The notes beneath the pieces were generated by a model. That model was not told where the DNA came from and searched no databases. It worked only from the letters and a program-made list of their open reading frames with translations. From IMG/VR virus record IMGVR_UViG_3300021376_000028, positions 21,678-85,677 of that record: a stretch of DNA of 64,000 nt; one strand, given 5' to 3'. The stretch is from a virus. Both the position numbers and the translations under genes were made by a program. Within the stretch, counting starts at the first letter, position 1; every line of letters begins with the position of its first letter. Below, in pieces: positions 7,975-15,635 of the stretch.

Positions 7975-8088
7975 TGGGAATGGTGAGAGTCGAACTCACT
8001 ATACAGTCTTTAGACTAACAGTTATCAACTTACCCTAGACAACAAAAGAAGACTGATAGTCGTACTATATACTCCGGCATACATTCCC
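7975..8088 (-). ncRNA. tRNA-like RNA (114 nt) without a canonical D or anticodon arm
   Basis: Acceptor GGGAATG/CATTCCC+A, T-arm GTGAG-TTCGACT-CTCAC, long central stem CAGTCTT/AAGACTG. Confidence 0.7.
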
Positions 8089-8190
8089 GTGGTGCATATT
8101 AATTAGACTTTGCTCATACATATGCAAGATATGAGATAACCTCAACCGGTAAGGTTTATTAATTAACAGGCTCTAATCAAACCTGTATCA

Positions 8191-8892
8191 TTATGGCGTT
8201 TCAATAGAAGGTATTTGGAAAGGATTATACTTTCTATATTCAGCCATAATAACATGTCGATATTTAGTGAAAAACTTGTTATAGTATTTATCAGTGACCG
8301 GTCCAAAATAACCGTCAACACCTACGCCTATAATTTTCTGTATTTGATAAACGTATTTGTTTTTATCTCCAAGTTTATATTCTCTAAATAAGATCTTTGT
8401 AGGAAATTTCTTAAAAAGAACTGGGTTCCCTACATTCTTTTTACATCCCCAGCCACCAAAACCAACAGCATCTCTAAAGAAAGGTTTTTTAGTTAACTTG
8501 TCTTTAAGAGTTATAAATTCATTTTTAGTTTGATATCCCTGAGTTGATATCCTGTTTGCAACAGTAATTTGCTCTTCAACCGTTGCTAATTCTGGCTTTT
8601 TAGCGAACTCTAATCCGCCAAAGTTAATCCATGTCTGAGTATATATGCCCAATCCACCGGACCATTTTCCTTTGTCTTTCCAGTCACCACCTGTTTCGCA
8701 TTGGGCCATCCTATGCCAATACAAATTCAATGCTCTGGGTTTTCCCCGCTCACTAAAAGCAGGGACGTTATTATTAATTTTAATTTCCTGTGTATTTGTT
8801 TCAGCCTCAACAGGAACTGGCTGATAATAAAAATAGCCGTTCGTGAGAACGGTTAAAAGTAAAAATCTTAATATAAGATGTTTAGTTTTCAT
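8191..8892 (-). CDS. Secreted Rpf-like lytic transglycosylase with a C-terminal peptidoglycan-binding-like domain
   Basis: N-terminal hydrophobic signal; WHRMAQCETGGDW, GGLGI..TW..FGG, ATVEEQITVANR; GVDGYFGPVT. Confidence 0.85.
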   Translation of the reverse strand: MKTKHLILRFLLLTVLTNGYFYYQPVPVEAETNTQEIKINNNVPAFSERGKPRALNLYWHRMAQCETGGDWKDKGKWSGGLGIYTQTWINFGGLEFAKKPELATVEEQITVANRISTQGYQTKNEFITLKDKLTKKPFFRDAVGFGGWGCKKNVGNPVLFKKFPTKILFREYKLGDKNKYVYQIQKIIGVGVDGYFGPVTDKYYNKFFTKYRHVIMAEYRKYNPFQIPSIETP

Positions 8893-9059
8893 TTTTCGCT
8901 CCTTAAAACTATTGGTTTTACGGAACATTAATATAGCCTACAAACTACATAACATTTCCGTATTAGCATACTGCTAAGGTTGCGAAACAAGATCACTGCA
9001 CATTAATAATGCTACTTGTTCCACAAGATTACTCTTATAGGCATCACCTCCAAATACAT

Positions 9060-9078
9060 AATTATAATTATATCAGAT
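9060..9078 (-). promoter_or_regulatory. Extended -10 promoter (TGaTATAAT)
   Basis: atctgatataatt; the same 13-mer lies upstream of 46846. Confidence 0.65.
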
Positions 9079-9084
9079 CTTAAC

Positions 9085-9161
9085 TGGTACCGCATATGGG
9101 AATTGAACCCATCAATGGATGTTTATAAGACATCTGTGTTCAACCAGCTCACCCATGCGGC
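9085..9161 (-). tRNA. tRNA-Ile(UAU), CCA encoded
   Basis: GCCGCAT/ATGCGGT acceptor; GATGT-CTTATAA-ACATC anticodon arm; ATGGG-TTCAATT-CCCAT T-arm. Confidence 0.9.
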
Positions 9162-9168
9162 TAGTTTA

Positions 9169-9531
9169 TTAGAACTCTAAATCTTCCTCTGGAAGACTAG
9201 CAATCAGATCACTAGCATATTCAGGTCTATTGCCAAGCATCTTCGCCAAGTTGATTCTTTTTTCGCTGTACTTTGAAACATACTCATCTATTGCTTCTCC
9301 CATCGGAACACCTTTTTCTTGTGCAATTTCTTGCATCATTAAAAACATATGAATCATACTTCCATAAACCAAACCTGGCAGGAAAACCGGATTTTTAGCG
9401 TCATCTTCTAGGGATGAGATAAGGAAAGTTATCATCTCTTGACTGTTTTCGGAACAGTGAGCATTGAAAAGTTGCATTATATAATCTGTAAAAAGAACAT
9501 CTTGATACTCTTTGAATGGCCGGATTTCCAT
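9169..9531 (-). CDS. Hypothetical protein, leaderless
   Basis: TGaTATAAT 6 nt upstream of the ATG. Confidence 0.75.
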   Translation of the reverse strand: MEIRPFKEYQDVLFTDYIMQLFNAHCSENSQEMITFLISSLEDDAKNPVFLPGLVYGSMIHMFLMMQEIAQEKGVPMGEAIDEYVSKYSEKRINLAKMLGNRPEYASDLIASLPEEDLEF

Positions 9532-9543
9532 GATCCAATTATA

Positions 9544-9612
9544 TCACCCGTTCAGGTATAATAAAAGTAAACCTATCGCAGATAATACAGTTATCAAGAA
9601 TAATTCTCTCAT
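9544..9612 (-). CDS. 22-aa hydrophobic peptide
   Basis: MRELFLITVLSAIGLLLLYLNG; GAGGT RBS. Confidence 0.4.
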   Translation of the reverse strand: MRELFLITVLSAIGLLLLYLNG

Positions 9613-9614
9613 TT

Positions 9615-9698
9615 TCACTCACCTCTTTGGGCAAGCAAGTGAGAGGCGATAATCGTTATTATTGTAATTGCTCCATAACCCATTATAAATTTGATCAT
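9615..9698 (-). CDS. 27-aa hydrophobic peptide
   Basis: MIKFIMGYGAITIITIIASHLLAQRGE; GAGGT RBS. Confidence 0.4.
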   Translation of the reverse strand: MIKFIMGYGAITIITIIASHLLAQRGE

Positions 9699-9760
9699 TA
9701 TGATTAACCTCACGCCCGTTGATTTATTTTTATTCTTAGCGCATTTTGAATACGCAATAG

Positions 9761-9832
9761 TAGGCCTATAGGGAATCGAACCCTACTCCACAGATTAAAA
9801 GTCTGTTGCTTCACCATCAAAGCTTTAGGCCT
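9761..9832 (-). tRNA. tRNA-Lys(UUU)
   Basis: AGGCCTA/TAGGCCT acceptor; ACAGA-CTTTTAA-TCTGT; TAGGG-TTCGATT-CCCTA. Confidence 0.92.
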
Positions 9833-9854
9833 TTAGACACGCATTCCCCTACAA

Positions 9855-10127
9855 AAAGATCTAACTGGACAATATATACTACTTGTAAGAACCGTCGTAT
9901 ATATTGTCGGATTAATATAATTTCTTATATTACGGGTTCACAGTCATCTACCGTATAAGCCAAAATCTTATACACAAGTCAAAGCTACAGGCTATTAGCT
10001 AGTTGTGTATTGCAGTTAGTTTTTACAAATAGTGTTTCTATGGACTGAAAGCAGTCCGTTCTGGGATCTCCCCAGACACTCATGCTATTTGTGAGATAAC
10101 TAACAACTTAGACTTTCCCCTAACTAC
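9855..10127 (-). ncRNA. Highly structured candidate ncRNA with RNase P-like motifs
   Basis: At least eight stems in a gap with no long ORF; GGGGAAAGUCUAAG pairs with UUUGGCUU leaving a bulged U. Confidence 0.6.
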
Positions 10128-10321
10128 TCTTCTCGCCAGATTGGATTTTGCAAGATAATAGGTTTATTTTGAACAGGTACAGGTTCAGAATTATTGGAAA
10201 ATAAACAAGGTTCAGACTCCATCATTAGTTTAATTAAAAGAGCTGGTTGAATATTTGTACCTTTAAGTTCTTCAGCCAGTTCTTTCTCATAAGCCTCTAT
10301 ATCGTGAGTGTCTCTATTCAT
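10124..10321 (-). CDS. Hypothetical protein
   Basis: ORF with GAGGA RBS. Confidence 0.6.
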   Translation of the reverse strand: MNRDTHDIEAYEKELAEELKGTNIQPALLIKLMMESEPCLFSNNSEPVPVQNKPIILQNPIWREE

Positions 10322-10355
10322 TTAGTGTTCCTCATAATTGTGAAAATTTGCATAA

Positions 10356-10733
10356 CTAATCATGAATAATTTTCCATCTGTCAACGCCTGGAATGAGACC
10401 TAATTTAGATCCATCATCCCAGGTGACAAATACTGTACCAGTATCATCTATATAATCTATTGTACCAAGATCACCATACTGAAGTTTGGTATATTCATCA
10501 TTGGTGCTAATAAGTTGAATTCTTTTACTAAGACAATGAAAAGATTGTTTTTCAATTTCAAATGGGTCCATTGTTACTCTTGCATCATTAAGAATCATTT
10601 GATCAGTTAATTCAGAGTATTTAAGAATCTGCAGACCACCATAGTTCTCATCCATGAATTGCTTGCAATTTTCAAGCGATCCAGAATAAAGAACAAACTG
10701 ATCTCCTATGTCAACTACGTAATAAATGCTCAT
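10356..10733 (-). CDS. DUF4314-domain protein
   Basis: GDLGTIDYIDDTGTVFVTWDDGSKLGLIPGVD. Confidence 0.8.
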   Translation of the reverse strand: MSIYYVVDIGDQFVLYSGSLENCKQFMDENYGGLQILKYSELTDQMILNDARVTMDPFEIEKQSFHCLSKRIQLISTNDEYTKLQYGDLGTIDYIDDTGTVFVTWDDGSKLGLIPGVDRWKIIHD

Positions 10734-10927
10734 TTCGTGCTAGCTTTATCTGAATTTGTAATCATTCCATTTAAAGAAACTTGCCAAGCCTTTTTGGTTT
10801 GTGGTTTTGTTTGCTTTAAATATTCCTGTTCAGTAGCGGACATTCCATATAAGATTGCTCCTGTGAACGCAATAAGAAAAATTACCGCTCCAAGGCAAAA
10901 CAAAGTTGTTTCAGACACAATCACCAA
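10730..10927 (-). CDS. Small membrane protein
   Basis: One TM helix. Confidence 0.6.
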   Translation of the reverse strand: MVIVSETTLFCLGAVIFLIAFTGAILYGMSATEQEYLKQTKPQTKKAWQVSLNGMITNSDKASTK

Positions 10928-11112
10928 TCTCTATCTTTAAGCGCTATCATAAAAGAGCCAAGAGCAAGAATAGAAGGTACCCAAATACCAACATATATTC
11001 CATTGAGCTTGTCTAATTCAGTATCACCGCCAAAGAAAAGCGAGATGCTAAGAACAAGACCAATAAAGGCTGATAGGATTGTTGTTGATTTAAGAATTTT
11101 TAATGGTTTCAT
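10921..11112 (-). CDS. Small two-TM membrane protein
   Basis: Two hydrophobic segments, GIYVGIWVPSILALG. Confidence 0.7.
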   Translation of the reverse strand: MKPLKILKSTTILSAFIGLVLSISLFFGGDTELDKLNGIYVGIWVPSILALGSFMIALKDRDW

Positions 11113-11160
11113 AGTTGTATCTTTTCTGTTATTGATTTTATAGGACAGGACACGGAAATA

Positions 11161-11724
11161 TTACTCAGCAGTTTCGTCAATTTCCCCCTCTAAATAGATT
11201 TTTAAATTTTCAATTTCTTGTTGAAGAAGTGTATCAACCGGAGATGGTTTTCCAAACTCATGAGTGTACTCATCAACAAAATTAACTTCAACATAACCGT
11301 TCTGATAAACCATATCTTTGTCAGTAAAGACATATCTCCAGTAAGTGCCATCTTCACCTTGGTAAGTAATGTAAGAGCCAGGTTCAATGTACCCCGAAAA
11401 ACAAGTCAAAAAATAATCTTCGTTACCGATTTTGTCAGAATATATAAGATCAACAAGATTGCCATCTATATCAAGACGATACTCAAATCCAAGCGCAGTA
11501 AGGATTGCAAACATATCGCTACAAGTTTCTGGGTAGTTATAATCCATCCAAGAGAACCAAACATTTGGATTATAGCGAGTAGTATACTCTTCAGTTTTAG
11601 GATGCCTACCACCTCGCTTTAAATCATCATGATCGTTCAGTTCACACATTCTTTCGTAGACAGAATTAAAATGCTTTTTATCCAAAAAGATTTTAGTTTC
11701 AGCTGTGTTGACATAGTAACCCAT
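11161..11724 (-). CDS. Conserved-looking phage hypothetical protein
   Basis: MGYYV...PGSYITYQGEDG..WRY. Confidence 0.75.
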   Translation of the reverse strand: MGYYVNTAETKIFLDKKHFNSVYERMCELNDHDDLKRGGRHPKTEEYTTRYNPNVWFSWMDYNYPETCSDMFAILTALGFEYRLDIDGNLVDLIYSDKIGNEDYFLTCFSGYIEPGSYITYQGEDGTYWRYVFTDKDMVYQNGYVEVNFVDEYTHEFGKPSPVDTLLQQEIENLKIYLEGEIDETAE

Positions 11725-11754
11725 ATTTTTACCTTTCTGTTGTTACTTATGTTG

Positions 11755-11827
11755 TGGGTATAATGGGATTCGAACCCATACTTTAAAGATTTTAAGTCTT
11801 TTGCCTCTGCCGTTGGGCTACATACCC
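11755..11827 (-). tRNA. tRNA-Leu(UAA) with a short variable arm
   Basis: GGGTATG/TATACCC+A; AAAGA-CTTAAAA-TCTTT; ATGGG-TTCGAAT-CCCAT. Confidence 0.9.
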
Positions 11828-11841
11828 GTTTTAACTTTTAC

Positions 11842-12309
11842 TTACAAGATTGTATCCCGGCCAGTATAGTTAAAAAATTGTTCTGTGTAGTTTTCCCATC
11901 CAGTTTGATGGACTTTGTTATGACAATTCATACAAAGCAAAATTAGGTTTGAATCATCATCATCGCCACCATTTGCAACAGGTATTATGTGATGAACTTG
12001 AAACCTAGAATAACCAGATTTAGTCAAGCAACTTTGACAAACATTATTGTCACGAACCTTGATTCTTTCTCTGGTTATTGGATCAACACCATGTCTAAAA
12101 GTACCCTTTTTGATTTTCTTTTGTGCTTTTTTATAATTGGAATGTTTAACTTTATTATCAATTGTAATTTTGCACAAGTCATTACCACACCATCTTTTAT
12201 TTCTATAAAAAACTGTTTTGTTAGCAAAAAACTTGTTATTACAACCAGCACAAATTACTTTACGCTGAATCTCCATGTTCATTCTTGTTGATGTCAATTT
12301 TGTACTCAT
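11842..12309 (-). CDS. HNH endonuclease with an N-terminal Zn finger
   Basis: RDNNVCQSC...VHHIIPVANGG...NLILLCMNCHNKVH. Confidence 0.9.
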   Translation of the reverse strand: MSTKLTSTRMNMEIQRKVICAGCNNKFFANKTVFYRNKRWCGNDLCKITIDNKVKHSNYKKAQKKIKKGTFRHGVDPITRERIKVRDNNVCQSCLTKSGYSRFQVHHIIPVANGGDDDDSNLILLCMNCHNKVHQTGWENYTEQFFNYTGRDTIL

Positions 12310-12643
12310 CGCCTATGCTGACTTTACTAATCAAAGTTTCATAATCATGAAGATCCTCAATAGATAAATTGTGATGATTTAATTCATTAAATAAATTAAT
12401 ATTCTTTACAATTTCTCTATAGGTAGAAGAGTTTGGATTATAAAAATATTCTTTTGATAACCCTGGTGATTTGCTTCTTGTTGAATATTCAAAAATTCTT
12501 GCAAACCAGTTTGTTGGCTTAAAACCGTGAACTCTTTCACATATTCTATTAGCTTTAGAAACTGCCTCTGCTACAGATGAAACATCTTCTATTATTACTG
12601 GAAAACGAAACTCCACTACAAAATAATTTTCATATTTTGGCAT
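12260..12643 (-). CDS. Hypothetical protein
   Basis: 127-aa ORF coupled to neighbours. Confidence 0.7.
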   Translation of the reverse strand: MPKYENYFVVEFRFPVIIEDVSSVAEAVSKANRICERVHGFKPTNWFARIFEYSTRSKSPGLSKEYFYNPNSSTYREIVKNINLFNELNHHNLSIEDLHDYETLISKVSIGDEYKIDINKNEHGDSA

Positions 12644-12759
12644 TATTTACCGCTTATCGCAAACATAAATAAAGCAAGGAATACAATAATTGCTATTGGG
12701 AACAATATTATTATTGCACAAACAGTAAAAATTTTGCTTAGCGTTGATACTTGTAGCAT
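12643..12759 (-). CDS. 38-aa single-TM peptide with RBS and AUG inside a hairpin
   Basis: MLQVSTLSKIFTVCAIIILFPIAIIVFLALFMFAISGK; AAGGAGG RBS; TAATG coupling to the next gene. Confidence 0.65.
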   Translation of the reverse strand: MLQVSTLSKIFTVCAIIILFPIAIIVFLALFMFAISGK

Positions 12760-12833
12760 TTTCAACCTCCTTATAGGTTGTGAAATGCTACCATAGTTGA
12801 GTCTTATTAACTTTGATTCCTGAGTAAAATTTG

Positions 12834-14318
12834 TCAGTTTCCTTCCTTGTTAGAGAGCCAAAGTCTGTAGATCAATTCACCAATTCTATCGTCTGCTAAA
12901 TTTCTAAACATCCTGCCCTCGTAATTTCCATCACCAATGCTGGATGTAAAATGATCCCATTCGTGGACAATAACTGCAATAATTTCTTGGATAGAAGAAT
13001 TCTCAACATCTGTGTTGAGAAAAATTAACTTCTCTTTCTTTCCAGTTTCATCATTTTGAATACAGGTTGTCATACCTAGAGCCATAGACTCTTGTTCTTC
13101 ATCTACAAAGGTGCAAATAGAAGGAAGAATTGTTTCAAACTGCTCTCCGTAAATTTCTTGTAAAATATTTGCAGCCTGTGCAATTTGTGGATAAGAAGCA
13201 AAACCTTTTGACCACTTATAAATAAAGCTTTCGTCAAAAAGATTTTTTGCTGTTGGAATGCCAGTCTTTTCCAAGAAGTTATATGCAGATTCTGTATAAA
13301 CAACCGCTGGGGAGTAGCCTTTTGACCTAATAAACTCACAATGGTTAATTGTAGCCAACTCTTCTGAGGTTATGACAGATTTGCCATGAGTGCTTTCAAA
13401 ACAACTATTCCAAATATTGCTTTTGGAGTCATTAAAACCATTCCAAACTGCACTACCCGCAACAACAACATAGTTTGGAATATTGACTAATTCGTAATAA
13501 GTCTCCACATCATCTGGATTCTCAACAAACAAATCAAGGACTCTCTGAATATGCTCAGAATCTTTAAGATTGGCGAGAGTTCTCATAATTGAAACATTCA
13601 TGTCATACTCAGAGTTGACTTTGCGCTCTTCATTAAGTTTAAGATTATCTAATTCGTAATCAAAAATACCTTGTAATGGAGCACCTGACCAAGCAGCAGC
13701 TGTATTTGCAGAAGAATAAACCAACATGCCCTTACAATAAACTCTTATTGAATCATCCAATGGTTCATAGAGTTTAATTTTATGACCTTGCCAGTAATCT
13801 TCGTAAATAGGCGTTCTATTCACCGAAAAATAACGGTCAAAATTATGGTGGATTTCCAGCATTTCAAGTGTTGCTCCAATAAAAACAGAAAACTCACCAG
13901 GAATTGAATTAATTTGATCATCATTAACCAAACAAACTGTCCAATCAGTATTGGACAATTTGGATTCGTCTATTGCATTGGCGATAACTTCTCGGTAAAT
14001 CTGATATTCAGTTTCCCAAGAAAGAGAACCCGCTTCCACAGTAAAAGAAGAAGGCTTTTCATAATTTTCATATTCATAGTAAATAGACGGGATACCATCC
14101 TCGTCTTTTACTGTATAGCGCAAAATATACGGCCCCTTATCATCAGAGCCAGTAAAGACAAAAGGAATGCCTTTCCTAAGTGCTGAAATTGGAGCAAACT
14201 TAATACCTGAACCAAATTGACCAATTGTTGAGGCATCATCTCTTTTAGTAGAAAAACCAAGTTTCTCCAACTTCAAACGATTAACATTTTGACATTGATT
14301 TGTAATTTTAATATACAT
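12834..14318 (-). CDS. GHKL-type ATPase-like N-terminus with a C-terminal HExxH motif
   Basis: LGFSTKR..IGQFGSGIKFA, REVIANAIDE; VIVHEWDH. Confidence 0.7.
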   Translation of the reverse strand: MYIKITNQCQNVNRLKLEKLGFSTKRDDASTIGQFGSGIKFAPISALRKGIPFVFTGSDDKGPYILRYTVKDEDGIPSIYYEYENYEKPSSFTVEAGSLSWETEYQIYREVIANAIDESKLSNTDWTVCLVNDDQINSIPGEFSVFIGATLEMLEIHHNFDRYFSVNRTPIYEDYWQGHKIKLYEPLDDSIRVYCKGMLVYSSANTAAAWSGAPLQGIFDYELDNLKLNEERKVNSEYDMNVSIMRTLANLKDSEHIQRVLDLFVENPDDVETYYELVNIPNYVVVAGSAVWNGFNDSKSNIWNSCFESTHGKSVITSEELATINHCEFIRSKGYSPAVVYTESAYNFLEKTGIPTAKNLFDESFIYKWSKGFASYPQIAQAANILQEIYGEQFETILPSICTFVDEEQESMALGMTTCIQNDETGKKEKLIFLNTDVENSSIQEIIAVIVHEWDHFTSSIGDGNYEGRMFRNLADDRIGELIYRLWLSNKEGN

Positions 14319-14341
14319 ATGATATTACCTTTCATTACGAC

Positions 14342-14369
14342 GCGGGGAGGCAGTTTCCTGCCTCCCCGC
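14342..14369 (-). terminator. Strong GC hairpin without U-tract (terminator or mRNA stabiliser)
   Basis: gcggggaggcag-gaaa-ctgcctccccgc, 12-bp stem. Confidence 0.65.
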
Positions 14370-14390
14370 ATCATTGTTATTGTTTGTAAA

Positions 14391-14912
14391 TTAAATTATT
14401 GCTTCTGGATTATTGCCAAGAGCAGGATTATTTGCAGGAACAGCGAGACCAAAAGACTCCGCGATCATCTCTTGTAAAATTGGCTTGATCTTATCCTTCA
14501 AGTTTTTGAACTCTTGATCAAGAACAAGTTTAACCGAATCACTGATTTCTGTTTTGACAAGATAAGACAACTCCGCCTTAGTAAGCGAGGTCAAGTTTAT
14601 CCTTGATTCATCAACGAGATATTTGAAACCCGACTCAATAGCCTCAGTAAAAGCTTCGCCAGTACGACAAGCATTTCCTGGGCTATACATTTCCAACAGC
14701 CTCCGTGCTTCGTAAAGATAATCAACATCAAGATCGTTTGAATAATCTGATATATCAAAATTATTACGGAACCAAGACTCAATGTAACTGTCAAGGTTTG
14801 ATTCAACCCAGTTTTCAATTTCGCTGTGGTTGCTATCTGTTTCAAAGATCTTGGTAGCAAGATCATCAATGTCAACATCAATAGTTAACTTTGCGTTGGT
14901 TGTAATTTCCAT
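14391..14912 (-). CDS. Acidic hypothetical protein
   Basis: 173-aa ORF. Confidence 0.75.
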   Translation of the reverse strand: MEITTNAKLTIDVDIDDLATKIFETDSNHSEIENWVESNLDSYIESWFRNNFDISDYSNDLDVDYLYEARRLLEMYSPGNACRTGEAFTEAIESGFKYLVDESRINLTSLTKAELSYLVKTEISDSVKLVLDQEFKNLKDKIKPILQEMIAESFGLAVPANNPALGNNPEAII

Positions 14913-15262
14913 TACAGGTATCCTTGTTCTAATAATGATTCACACCAGTTATAGAGAGGTGATGTTTCTGATATTTTTCTTTTAGCATGATCAAACCAAT
15001 CTGAAAAATGATAGTACATTTCTAAAATTTCTGAATCATCACACCAAACTTCTACCCAATCTGCTGGGCCACCAGTTGACAATAGAATTGTAATTACTTT
15101 TTTTGAATTAATATCTAGTGGCAAACTGTTAAGTTCATCCAAAGCATCTTCATCATCTTTTTTTAGCCAGCGCTCAGATAACTCTTCAATTTGAGTTTCT
15201 CTTTCAGCAAGCTCATCGTAAATACGAGCAGCACAACTTGCTTTTTCTTCAGTCACGATCAT
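14912..15262 (-). CDS. Hypothetical protein (LSTGGPA motif)
   Basis: Recurrent phage motif. Confidence 0.75.
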   Translation of the reverse strand: MIVTEEKASCAARIYDELAERETQIEELSERWLKKDDEDALDELNSLPLDINSKKVITILLSTGGPADWVEVWCDDSEILEMYYHFSDWFDHAKRKISETSPLYNWCESLLEQGYL

Positions 15263-15635
15263 CTATCCAATCTTGATATTCTTCACCACATTGATCACAC
15301 TGCCACCAGATTTCTCCACGATAAGATTGTTTTTCTGCACCAATGTTATTGCAAGTATATGAAATAATAGTTGGCTCTCCTTTGGTTGCATTAATAATCT
15401 CATTTCTTAATCTAGCTAAATGAGAAGCGAGATTTTTAGATATAATTTCATATCTAACTTCATCTGTATATGATGATAGAAAGTATTCAATCTTTTTAAA
15501 AACATCCAATGGCAATTGTACTTCCTGAATTTGATTTTTACAAATCCAACTGTCGTCATACCATTCTGCATCGGGTCCAGCAATCTCATATTCATTGCCA
15601 GTAACACCTGGCGGATAGTTACTCATATTCACCAC
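15249..15635 (-). CDS. Hypothetical protein with a C-terminal Zn ribbon
   Basis: SNYPPGV...WQCDQCG. Confidence 0.7.
   Translation of the reverse strand: MVNMSNYPPGVTGNEYEIAGPDAEWYDDSWICKNQIQEVQLPLDVFKKIEYFLSSYTDEVRYEIISKNLASHLARLRNEIINATKGEPTIISYTCNNIGAEKQSYRGEIWWQCDQCGEEYQDWIDDRD

Noticed and set aside
7975-8088. tmRNA
   Set aside because: Too short, no G3-U70 pair and no tag reading frame.
8893-9060. c-di-AMP (ydaO) riboswitch before the Rpf-like gene
   Set aside because: Consensus motifs are not recognisable.
10025-10092. Hammerhead ribozyme (GUC, stems and GAAAC present)
   Set aside because: The CUGANGA core is missing.
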